From contig CAWJIE010000004.1 in the NCBI GenBank assembly GCA_963842885.1, forward strand, positions 96,001 to 160,000: DNA of 64,000 nucleotides, in the 5' to 3' direction. The number at the start of each line of letters is the position of its first letter. The stretch's first letter is position 1. This stretch comes from an uncultured Nitrososphaerota archaeon. Its GTDB lineage: Archaea; Thermoproteota; Nitrososphaeria; Conexivisphaerales; DTJL01. Shown piece by piece: positions 1 to 7,946 of the stretch. The position numbers and the translations under genes are program-made. The notes beneath the pieces are model-generated. The model had not been told where the DNA came from, did no database searches, and worked only from the letters and a program-made list of their open reading frames with translations.

Positions 1-470
1 ACTTGAGTGTGCATATCCGAGGGGAACTGAGCAACTCCTTCGCGTGGCTCCTCTGGAGCCTTGACAGGGCGCAGTTCAACCGGAAGGTGGACGGCTGGCT
101 GGCGGTGGGCCCCAAGAACATCGTGCTTGCCAAAAGGTGGACGGAGAGCCATGCGGTGTATCAGCCGGAAGTGGGTGTCGACCGAGGCCGCGTAATCAGA
201 TTCGAGGGGAAGGTCGTCAAGCAAGACTTCACGGTGGTGCTCGACATCTCGCCTGCCCAGGCGCTTCTGAGGCTCAGGTCCAGGGCGGACAGGGACAACT
301 ACGAACATGCTTCGCTCATCGAGAGGGTGAGGCGCAGGTACCTCTCCTTGTCGGAGATCTACCCCTATGGCGAAGTATACCTCGTGGACGCGTCCAGGAG
401 CCTGGAGGACGTCAACGCGGACATCCTCTCTCTTGTAGACAGGATCCTCGAGGTCGATGGTAAGGAATAA
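1..470 (+). CDS. tmk: Thymidylate kinase (dTMP kinase), 5'-truncated by the window edge and probably error-containing
   Basis: LLWSLDRAQ, DFTVVLDISP, 'VYLVDASRSLEDV' C-terminus typical of TMPK; P-loop lies upstream of the window. Confidence 0.75.
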   Translation, partial: LSVHIRGELSNSFAWLLWSLDRAQFNRKVDGWLAVGPKNIVLAKRWTESHAVYQPEVGVDRGRVIRFEGKVVKQDFTVVLDISPAQALLRLRSRADRDNYEHASLIERVRRRYLSLSEIYPYGEVYLVDASRSLEDVNADILSLVDRILEVDGKE

Positions 471-494
471 AACCTCGTCCCAGCAAACATCTTC

Positions 495-1811
495 TTGAAG
501 CGGCATTTGAAACTCCCAACGGCGGCGGGCAGGCCCATAGAGATACGCGACCCGATTCATGGGTTCGTGAAAGTCCGGGCGGCCGAGATGAAGGTGGTCG
601 ACACTTCCTTCTTCCAACGTCTGAGGCGCATCAGGCAGCTGTCCTGCGCCTATATGGCGTATCCGGGGGCCAACCACACGAGGTTCGAGCATTCCCTGGG
701 CTCGATGCACGTGGCGGGTCTCGCCTCCGCAATCCTCGTCGACAAGGGTTACCTCGATGAAGATGCGGCATCCCAATTGCGGATGGCCGGCCTCCTCCAT
801 GACATCGGACATGGGCCGTTCTCGCACGTTTTCGAGGAGCTCCTCCACTCGAAGATCGGGATAACGCATGAAGACATGAGCTCGCGGATAGTGGCGGAGA
901 CCGAGGTGGGCGAAGCATTAGACAAGCAGGGCTTCAGTTCCAGGAAGATGGCGAGCTTGGCTGTGGGGAAGGCGCCCGGGAGCAGGAGGTTTCTAAACGA
1001 GGTGATCGCCGGGACGCTCAGCGCGGACCTGATGGACTACCTCCTTCGTGATTCGTACTACACAGGGGCAGGTTTCGGGTGCGTCGACATCACAAGGGTG
1101 ATCGACTCGTTCGAGGTCGTCGACAACCATCTAGCCATTGAGAGTGACGCCATTCATTCCTTCGAAGCCCTGACGGTGGCGCGCTATGAGATGTTCAAGG
1201 CGGTGTACTTCCACAAGACCTGCCGGGCGGCCGAGGCGATGGTCCTCAGGGCCATGGAGCTCGTCGACGACGATCTTGGGCTGACCGACGTCGGCGACCT
1301 TTCGAAGTACTCGGAGCTGGACGACGACGGCGTCATCTGCAGAATCCTCTCGTTGAAGGAGGGAAGGGGTGCGAAGAGGGCAAAGGAGTTGGTGAAGGAC
1401 TTCAGGGAGAGGAGGCTGCTCAAGTGCGTCTACGAGAAGATGGTGATTAGGAGGGAGGGGTTCGTCGAGAAGCTCCTGAACAAGGCGAGGGTCAGGGCGG
1501 ACGTCGTGGCTGAGATAGCCAACCTCGCTGGCGTTGATCCTGACAACGTATACATAGACGTCCCCACAGCGCCTTCGGTGCCATTCACGTCGGACAGGGA
1601 GAAGTTCACGGAGCTGACCATCGTCTCCCGGGGGGGACCCGGCGTCAAGAAGTCGAAGATCTCCCTCTCGGATATCCCCGCCATCGCCGCCATCAGCGGG
1701 TTCATGGACATATTGAGGGTCTACACGCCGGCATCTTGCAGGTCCAAGGTCGAAGGCGCGGTCTCCAAGGTCCTAGGCGAATCTGGGTTTTCGACCAAGA
1801 TATCAGTCTAG
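495..1811 (+). CDS. HD-domain phosphohydrolase (SAMHD1/dNTP triphosphohydrolase-like)
   Basis: IRDPIHG, FQRLRRIRQL, YPGANHTRFEHSLG, LLHDIGHGPFSH, DLMDYLLRDSY, VYFHK. Confidence 0.92.
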   Translation: MKRHLKLPTAAGRPIEIRDPIHGFVKVRAAEMKVVDTSFFQRLRRIRQLSCAYMAYPGANHTRFEHSLGSMHVAGLASAILVDKGYLDEDAASQLRMAGLLHDIGHGPFSHVFEELLHSKIGITHEDMSSRIVAETEVGEALDKQGFSSRKMASLAVGKAPGSRRFLNEVIAGTLSADLMDYLLRDSYYTGAGFGCVDITRVIDSFEVVDNHLAIESDAIHSFEALTVARYEMFKAVYFHKTCRAAEAMVLRAMELVDDDLGLTDVGDLSKYSELDDDGVICRILSLKEGRGAKRAKELVKDFRERRLLKCVYEKMVIRREGFVEKLLNKARVRADVVAEIANLAGVDPDNVYIDVPTAPSVPFTSDREKFTELTIVSRGGPGVKKSKISLSDIPAIAAISGFMDILRVYTPASCRSKVEGAVSKVLGESGFSTKISV

Positions 1812-2210
1812 GATTAGCCCGCCCTTTCCACCGTCAAGGACCACCCTTTTCCCGGCACAGGTCTTTAGCTGGCTCAACTGGAATCCATCGGCCAGAGGGA
1901 GACCGGCCAGGGCACATCCCGACACGAGCGTTATGTCGCCCTTGACGGCTACTCTTTTCCTGCGATGCTCCTCGGCGGGGCAAGAGGATGTGTCAGGAGC
2001 GATCATCGAAGCAGCGTTGAAGAGGGAGCGCGTGGCGATAGAAACGCCCAACGGCTTCGACAGACGACCGCCGCTCCCGGGGCCCTCGCCTTCCGTGTGA
2101 ACGAACGGGGCTTCTCCTGCATCTACGCCGTAAGGACCAAGAGGCCGATACTTCGGATGGCCGGACGCTCGCTCTTCTGCTTGTAGAGCTCCTCTGAAGG
2201 GGCTCGCCAT
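1803..2210 (-). pseudogene. Disrupted DUF126 / aconitase X swivel-domain small subunit (phosphomevalonate dehydratase small subunit-like)
   Basis: C-terminus 'DITLVSGCALAGLPLADG...KRVVLDGGKGGLIL' fits DUF126; HPL..SIAGK motif in another frame near 1955-1990; central GKGSTVGS motif missing. Confidence 0.5.
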
Positions 2211-2268
2211 TTGAAGGGGCCGACCCAAGGGCTCCCATTGTTTAATTACCCGTGGAGGCGGACAGAGT

Positions 2269-2775
2269 GTGACTTTGGCCGAGTTGAAACCAGCCGGGGT
2301 CCATCTCGTGGTCGTGCCATTCTCGGAAAGGCGCTCCCTCCTACGGCGGTGGGCCTCCGGCGTGGAGAGATACACGGCTGTCGACTTCGACGGCAGCCTC
2401 TACCCCCTCCTTCCGCCGGCGTCACTGGAGGGATGCCGGTTGCTGCTGGAGGGAGGCAGCCTCCTTTCGGCCCTGAAAGATGTGTATTCGCTGCAGCGCG
2501 GCGATGACCCCATCATCATAAACTCCCTCGGCACGCTGCAGGCGATGGCCAGGGCCTCCGGCGGCGAAAAGGACTGGGGCCGCAGGTTCTTCAAGTATGT
2601 GGTCTACATGGCGGTGGCGTGCCGGGCTAGGGCGAGCTCCTCTCTCTTCGTGTTGAACTCGGTCAGAGAGGGCGGCGTCAGGGGCATGCTCGGAGCTGGC
2701 TGGGTCAAGCTGTGTTCGGGTGCCTTCGACGGGACCTGGATCCTCTCTGAGGAGGGTCTCAGCCGCGTGTCTTGA
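2269..2775 (+). CDS. Hypothetical protein, possibly degenerate RecA/RadB-fold
   Basis: TATA-like TTTAATTA at ~2241; AVDFDGS and IIINSL resemble RadB strand and Walker B motifs; no Walker A. Confidence 0.5.
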   Translation: MTLAELKPAGVHLVVVPFSERRSLLRRWASGVERYTAVDFDGSLYPLLPPASLEGCRLLLEGGSLLSALKDVYSLQRGDDPIIINSLGTLQAMARASGGEKDWGRRFFKYVVYMAVACRARASSSLFVLNSVREGGVRGMLGAGWVKLCSGAFDGTWILSEEGLSRVS

Positions 2776-3142
2776 AGGTGTACATAGAGAAGATCAGGAA
2801 GAAGCCTATCATCAGTATGAGGATGCCAGTGATAAACACGAAGAATGACTCGCGGCCAACCTTCGAAGGCTGGCTCGACCTCGCGAGCATGTAGATCCCG
2901 GTGACCCCCGAGGCAGACGCGATGACGTAGGTGATGGTCTCCAGGATGCTCTGCGTCTGAAGAGAAGTGGTGACCACTGTCGAGGCAGGGACAGACGACC
3001 CCTCAAGGAGATAGTTGACGAGGCCTCCCGCAAGAAGGACGCCCACGAAGACGTAGATCACTTCCAAGGTGACGTACTTGGAGAGGGTCTTGACCCACTT
3101 GTTCCTGCGGAGGTTGTCCGTGTCCATCTTCAAGGCGCTCAT
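2759..3142 (-). CDS. Three-TM membrane protein, OSTC/DC2 (OST3/OST6 C-terminal)-like oligosaccharyltransferase accessory subunit
   Basis: LAGGLVNYLLE, QSILE, GVTGIYMLARS and C-terminal FKTRG follow the DC2/OST3 motif order; 11 bp downstream of pcn. Confidence 0.6.
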   Translation of the reverse strand: MSALKMDTDNLRRNKWVKTLSKYVTLEVIYVFVGVLLAGGLVNYLLEGSSVPASTVVTTSLQTQSILETITYVIASASGVTGIYMLARSSQPSKVGRESFFVFITGILILMIGFFLIFSMYTFKTRG

Positions 3143-3153
3143 CCTCGCCAGCT

Positions 3154-3900
3154 TCAGTCAACCCGAGGTGCGAGATAAAACTGTATCGTAGCTCCTTGCT
3201 CGCTGAGCGGGAACTCCATCTTGATCGGCATCTTCGCTGAGAACCCGATGTTCACCGTCTCTGCGTTCGAGACGGACTTCGCGAAGTTGCTGAGGTACTC
3301 GATGCTGTAGGTGGATTCGCCTCCCTCCTTGACGTCGAGCTGAAGGATGTCGGGATTGTCCTTCTTCAGCGTCACGGAAGCCTTGCCCACCTCGCTCTTC
3401 CCCAGAAAGACGAGCTTCTCCTCTTCGGCCTTAAGAGTGATGTGATCAGAAATGGTCTGGACGTCTGAGAGTACCTTGCGGAGTATCCGGGTCGTCAATT
3501 TGCACTGGACGTTGAAGTTGACCTTCGGGAGGGGGGTCTGGCTGTAGGTCGTCTCGACGAGGTGGACCTGAAACTCCCTCTCGTATCCGTCGAAAAGCCT
3601 GAACTCGAGCATGCTCTCCTCGCCCAATCTAAGCTCCACCTTGTCCTTGCCCTCGGCCCTCCTCATGACCTTGAGAAGGTCTTCTACCCTCACGGTGAGG
3701 GTGTGGTTCTGGTCGCAGGCATATTTCTCGAAAGAGGCCGCCGGCCACTTGAGATCCACTAGGGCTATGTGAGAGGGGTCCATTGCCCTCAGGTTGAGCC
3801 CTTCAGGGGTAGCCTCAAATGAGGCCTCTTCGATTAGGGTGGAGATCGCCTGTGAAACGGACTTCCATTCCTCGGCCGACTGGCTGACGGCCTGCAGCAT
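3154..3900 (-). CDS. pcn: DNA sliding clamp PCNA
   Basis: RAMDPSHIALVDL, YSIEYL, C-terminal FYLAPRVD; 248 aa. Confidence 0.97.
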   Translation of the reverse strand: MLQAVSQSAEEWKSVSQAISTLIEEASFEATPEGLNLRAMDPSHIALVDLKWPAASFEKYACDQNHTLTVRVEDLLKVMRRAEGKDKVELRLGEESMLEFRLFDGYEREFQVHLVETTYSQTPLPKVNFNVQCKLTTRILRKVLSDVQTISDHITLKAEEEKLVFLGKSEVGKASVTLKKDNPDILQLDVKEGGESTYSIEYLSNFAKSVSNAETVNIGFSAKMPIKMEFPLSEQGATIQFYLAPRVD

Positions 3901-4049
3901 ATCACCCCACCCTCCGTAAGAACAAACTAATTAACGTTCCCGACATCGAAAAGCGGAGACGCCAAGTTCCCTTAAAGACATTCGTCAGGTGATTTTCAGC
4001 GGGGATTATGCCGAAATGGCTTAAGAAGGTGGCTCGCCCGTGGGGAAGT

Positions 4050-4494
4050 ATGAAGCCGGACGAGCTGGACAGGGCGCTCACGTCGATGTCGCAAGAGGAC
4101 GGCCGCCTGTCATTCGCAGAAATCAAGTCCCTGAACCAGAGTGAGTACCGTCCGGTTCAGGTTCAAGAGGCTGGTCGACAGGGAGATGACAAGGGGCGCA
4201 GTCGCTCTCGTCAACCCTAAAGCGGCGGGACTGAACGAGTCGACCGCACTTTTCATGAAGGTCAGCGCCTTGAAGCTAGACGACGTCCTCCGAGGCCTCT
4301 GCTCTCTCAAGCAGGTGCCGCACGATATATCAGTTCACAGGGGACTACGATGCCATCGCGATAGTCATGGGACGCGATGTGGGTGACCTGAACATCAAGT
4401 CCGCCGCGTGAAAACCATCCCCTGGGTGGTGGAGGCCACGTCGATGCTCACACTTCGGGTCATGAAGGGCGACCTCAAGTATGCGGTCGCGTAA
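4050..4494 (+). CDS. Lrp/AsnC family transcriptional regulator (frameshifted in this sequence)
   Basis: DELDRAL..QEDGRLSFAEI in one frame, then ESTVRFRFKRLVD..VALVNPKAAG in a second frame; ends MKGDLKYAVA*. Confidence 0.75.
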
Positions 4495-4669
4495 AGGCGG
4501 AAGATCTCTGGCGACGAAGCTAGGGCTGAATTATTCGACGAACGGACCCTCGCTGTCGAAGTCTATTTAAGCTCAATCCGCGCCTATCATCCCGCCTAGG
4601 GGTGGAGAAGACGATGCGCTTCGCGGAGGATGGTTTCAGGTCGCACCTGTCGGGGCGCGCTGAAGCAGG

Positions 4670-5833
4670 GTGTGGAGAGAGGTACCCGTGACGGAGGGCA
4701 GGGCTTCCGCTGTCGAATTCCTCAGCAGGGCGTACAAAGCTTACTACTTCCGCCATGTGGAGTCCGTGGAGGTCCCCGAGGAAATAGAGAGGAGGGAGTT
4801 CGGCTACCTCAACTTCGAGGACGCCATGGTGCGCCATCTGACCTTCCCCAACGAAGGGGAGTTCAAGGCCATGATGGTCAGGGAGTCCCCGCGCTCCGCG
4901 TACTGCTCCGTGGCCTACTATGATTCGCCCGACCTGCCCATGGAGGAGAAGGGATACCGAAAGGCCGACCTCGCCTTCGACATAGATTCGGATGACTTGG
5001 AGCTTCCGTGCACGGCGGAGCATGATTTCTCCCTCTGTGGCAACTGTGGCAGGCCATTCAAGGCTGGAGGGGAGAAATGCGTGCTCTGCGGTTCCTCCAT
5101 CGTCTCCGCCATACACTGGGTGTGCGAGAAGTGTCTCAGCGGTGCTCATGAGGAGGCCACCAAACTCGTCGACTTCCTACAGCTGGATTTCGGGATATCG
5201 CCCAGCGAGATCAGGGTCTACTTCTCCGGGAACAGAGGCTATCACGTCTCTGTGGTGGGATCCAGATATGAGACCCTTGATCAGCGAGGAAGGTCTGAGA
5301 TGGTGGAGTATGTTGTTGGCAAGGGGTTCACGGCCAGGCAGATGGGTCTGCTCCCGAGGAGGGCTGCCTCAGAACTATATCCGCGGTTGCCCATCCCGGA
5401 AGAGCCGGGATGGAGGGGGCGCGTCGCCGCAGCACTTGCGAACATGGAGGGAGGCGCGTCGCGTGAAGAGCTGGCCAGGGCCTTCGGGGAGCAGCCCGAG
5501 AGAATCGAAGGCATGATTCAGAAGGCCGTAGACATGTCCGCGGCGAGGGTCGACGCTGGAGTGACCATCGACACGCACAGAGTCTTCAGGATGGGAGAGA
5601 CTCTCCATGACAAATCGGGTCTCCTCAAGAAGAGGTACGACCGGCTGGATGGGGCCGACCCTCTAGTCGACGCCGTCGCCTTCGGCTCCGATCCCGTGCG
5701 GGTCTCCGTGGGCTATTCGCCCAAGTTCTGGCTTCTCGGGTCGTCGTTCGGTCCGTACGACAAGGCTCGTGTCGAGCTTCCCACCTACGCCGCCGTCTAT
5801 CTGATGGCGAAAGGCCTCGCCGAGCCGGCCTAG
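4670..5833 (+). CDS. priS: DNA primase catalytic (small) subunit with Zn-ribbon insertion
   Basis: REFGY, ADLAFDIDSD, YFSGNRGYHV, VTIDTHRVFRM; CxxC pairs; true start may be GTG at ~4688. Confidence 0.95.
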   Translation: MWREVPVTEGRASAVEFLSRAYKAYYFRHVESVEVPEEIERREFGYLNFEDAMVRHLTFPNEGEFKAMMVRESPRSAYCSVAYYDSPDLPMEEKGYRKADLAFDIDSDDLELPCTAEHDFSLCGNCGRPFKAGGEKCVLCGSSIVSAIHWVCEKCLSGAHEEATKLVDFLQLDFGISPSEIRVYFSGNRGYHVSVVGSRYETLDQRGRSEMVEYVVGKGFTARQMGLLPRRAASELYPRLPIPEEPGWRGRVAAALANMEGGASREELARAFGEQPERIEGMIQKAVDMSAARVDAGVTIDTHRVFRMGETLHDKSGLLKKRYDRLDGADPLVDAVAFGSDPVRVSVGYSPKFWLLGSSFGPYDKARVELPTYAAVYLMAKGLAEPA

Positions 5834-5893
5834 GGAGGGCGGCTGCCGCAGAACCAACCCTTTAATATACTTGAGATGTAGGTGCGGGTAGTT

Positions 5894-6460
5894 ATGAGCG
5901 AAGAACTGCTGTCGACGCTGCAGCAGAACCTCGAGATGGAGCTGACGAGCGAGGAACTCTCCAAGATCGACCCTGGCCTGTACAAGGCCGTCGCCATACG
6001 CGTGAAGCAGATCAGAGGATTCATGGGGAACGGCGACTCTCAGGTTGTGAATGCGCTCCTTTCTAGGGAGATAGAGATGTTCTGCGAAATGTCCGACGAG
6101 CTGATGACCATCAGGCTGCACAAGTTCCTGGACAAGGCCTTGCGCGGCTCAAACGAGATCTCGCTTACGCCGGAGGAGAGGTACCTGGTGGAGCCTCTCT
6201 ATACGAGCGTGAAGAGGCTGGCGCGGATAAGGGACGCCGTGGACAGGGGCCGCCTTTCCGTGCTGGAGGAATCGTCGGACAGCTACTCAGTAAGGTATAT
6301 AGTCGTGCGATTTCTACAGGCAGCGTCTAGGATGGCGGGCGTGGACTTGAGACAATACGGACCATACAAACCAGAGGACATCGCCGTCCTTCCCATCGAT
6401 AACGCGAAGCCGCTGATAGAGAGGGGCGTCGTCTCGGAGACATGGGTGAGTGACCTTTGA
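5894..6460 (+). CDS. gins51: GINS complex subunit (Gins51/Gins15 type)
   Basis: LTPEE motif, C-terminal B domain 'VRFL..GVDLRQYGPYKPEDIAVLP..NA..LIERG'; conserved position after priS. Confidence 0.88.
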   Translation: MSEELLSTLQQNLEMELTSEELSKIDPGLYKAVAIRVKQIRGFMGNGDSQVVNALLSREIEMFCEMSDELMTIRLHKFLDKALRGSNEISLTPEERYLVEPLYTSVKRLARIRDAVDRGRLSVLEESSDSYSVRYIVVRFLQAASRMAGVDLRQYGPYKPEDIAVLPIDNAKPLIERGVVSETWVSDL

Positions 6461-6735
6461 AATACCCGAAGACCATCACTACCTTCTGCCCGAAGTGCAA
6501 GAAGCACACGGAGCACACGGTTTCGCTCTACAAGAAGGGAAAGGAGAGGGCAATGTCCAGGGGTGCCAGGAAGCACGCCGAGGAGAAGAAGGGTTACGGA
6601 GGCCAGAAGTACCCGGAGCTCATCAGGACCGCCAAGACCACCAAGAAGGCCACCATCAAACTCAAATGCAAGGAGTGCGGTTTCACCGTCATGAAGAAGG
6701 GGATGAGGCTGAGGAAGCTGGAAATCTTGGAGTGA
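6457..6735 (+). CDS. rpl44e: 50S ribosomal protein L44e
   Basis: TFCPKCKKHTEH, KGYGGQKYP, KCKECG. Confidence 0.97.
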   Translation: MKYPKTITTFCPKCKKHTEHTVSLYKKGKERAMSRGARKHAEEKKGYGGQKYPELIRTAKTTKKATIKLKCKECGFTVMKKGMRLRKLEILE

Positions 6736-6742
6736 GAGTATC

Positions 6743-6943
6743 TTGGTGAGAAAGGAGAGACAGCTGTTCGTCAGGCCAGGAAGCGCCTTCCTGCAGGTCA
6801 AATGCGCGAAGTGTGGCACGGAGAAGGCCATCTTCTCCAACGCCACGATTCCGATCAAGTGCGAAGTCTGTGAAGAGATACTTGCTCAGCCTTCGGGCGG
6901 CCGAACCATCATCAATGGTGTGATTACGCGCCGGCTGGACTGA
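6743..6943 (+). CDS. rps27e: 30S ribosomal protein S27e
   Basis: FLQVKCAKCG..IFS..CEVC...PSGG. Confidence 0.95.
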   Translation: MVRKERQLFVRPGSAFLQVKCAKCGTEKAIFSNATIPIKCEVCEEILAQPSGGRTIINGVITRRLD

Positions 6944-6950
6944 AGGGGCC

Positions 6951-7728
6951 TTGCCAGGACCGAACCTCCCTGATGTCGGTGAAGTGGTCCTAGTCTCCGT
7001 CATTCAGCTCACGCCTTACGGCGCCTACGTCACGCTGGACGAATACAACGGCCAGAGGGGTTTCCTTCACAACTCAGAGGTGACCACCGGCTGGGTGCGT
7101 CACATAGAGAGGTTCGTCAAGGAGGACACGAAGATGGTCCTCAAGGTAATCAGGATAGACAGGCAGAGGAACGAGGTCGACCTTTCGCTTCGCCAGGTCA
7201 CCAGCGAAGAGCACAAGGAGAAGCTCATCCAAGTCAAGAGAGAAGCCAAGGCCAGAGGCGTGCTTGACATCGTGAAGAAGGAGCTCGCGATGGCCACCGA
7301 CGCCGAAGTCCGGTTCAAGCTGGCCGACGAATTCGGCTCCCTCTACGACGCCTTGGAGGCCTGCATGCGCAAGGGCCCGGCTGTCCTGTCCAAGACTGAA
7401 CCTTGACCAGAAGTACGTCGACTCCCTGATGCGCGTCGCTGCGGAGAGGTTCAAGGTCCCCAGCGTCGAGATCAAGGGAGTCTTCGAGCTGAATTCGCTG
7501 AGGCCCGACGGGATATTGGTAATAAAGGACGCCTTCTCCAAGGCCATGGCGGCCGTGCCACCCGACGTGCGCGTGGAAGTCCTCTACGCGGGCGCATCTC
7601 GCTACAACCTGAGACTGTTTGCTGAGAACTTCAAGGTCGGAGAGCGGGTCCTTGCGGGGCTCGTGGACGCATTGAAGTCTGAAGTCGGCAGCAGGGGAAA
7701 CATCAGTTTCGTCCGTGAGAAGAGCTGA
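6951..7728 (+). CDS. eif2a: Translation initiation factor aIF-2 alpha (one frameshift near 7395)
   Basis: S1 domain YGAYVTLDEY..GFLHNSEV..VDLSLR; C-terminal PDGILVIK..YAGASRY in the next frame. Confidence 0.93.
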
Positions 7729-7747
7729 ACCTGTTTTGAAGGGTATC

Positions 7748-7906
7748 ATGCGTCGCTGTGAGAAGTGCGGCTCCTACACATTCAAGGAGGCCTGTGGCAA
7801 TTGCGGAGGCAGGACGGTTCTGGCCCATCCCCCGAAGTTCTCGCCGCAGGACAAGTACCTGAAGCTCAGGATGCAGGGCCTAATCAAACAAGGCTCAGAC
7901 GACTGA
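7748..7906 (+). CDS. nop10: H/ACA RNP protein Nop10
   Basis: MRRCEKCGSYTFKEACGNCG..HPPKFSPQDKY. Confidence 0.95.
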   Translation: MRRCEKCGSYTFKEACGNCGGRTVLAHPPKFSPQDKYLKLRMQGLIKQGSDD

Positions 7907-7946
7907 TTCGAACGTGGCAGCGCGACCTTCTAGCTAGCTGGCCGGA

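Noticed and set aside
4590-4670. Possible sRNA or leader between the TATA at ~4565 and priS
   Set aside because: Only short, weak pairings and no convincing box motifs.
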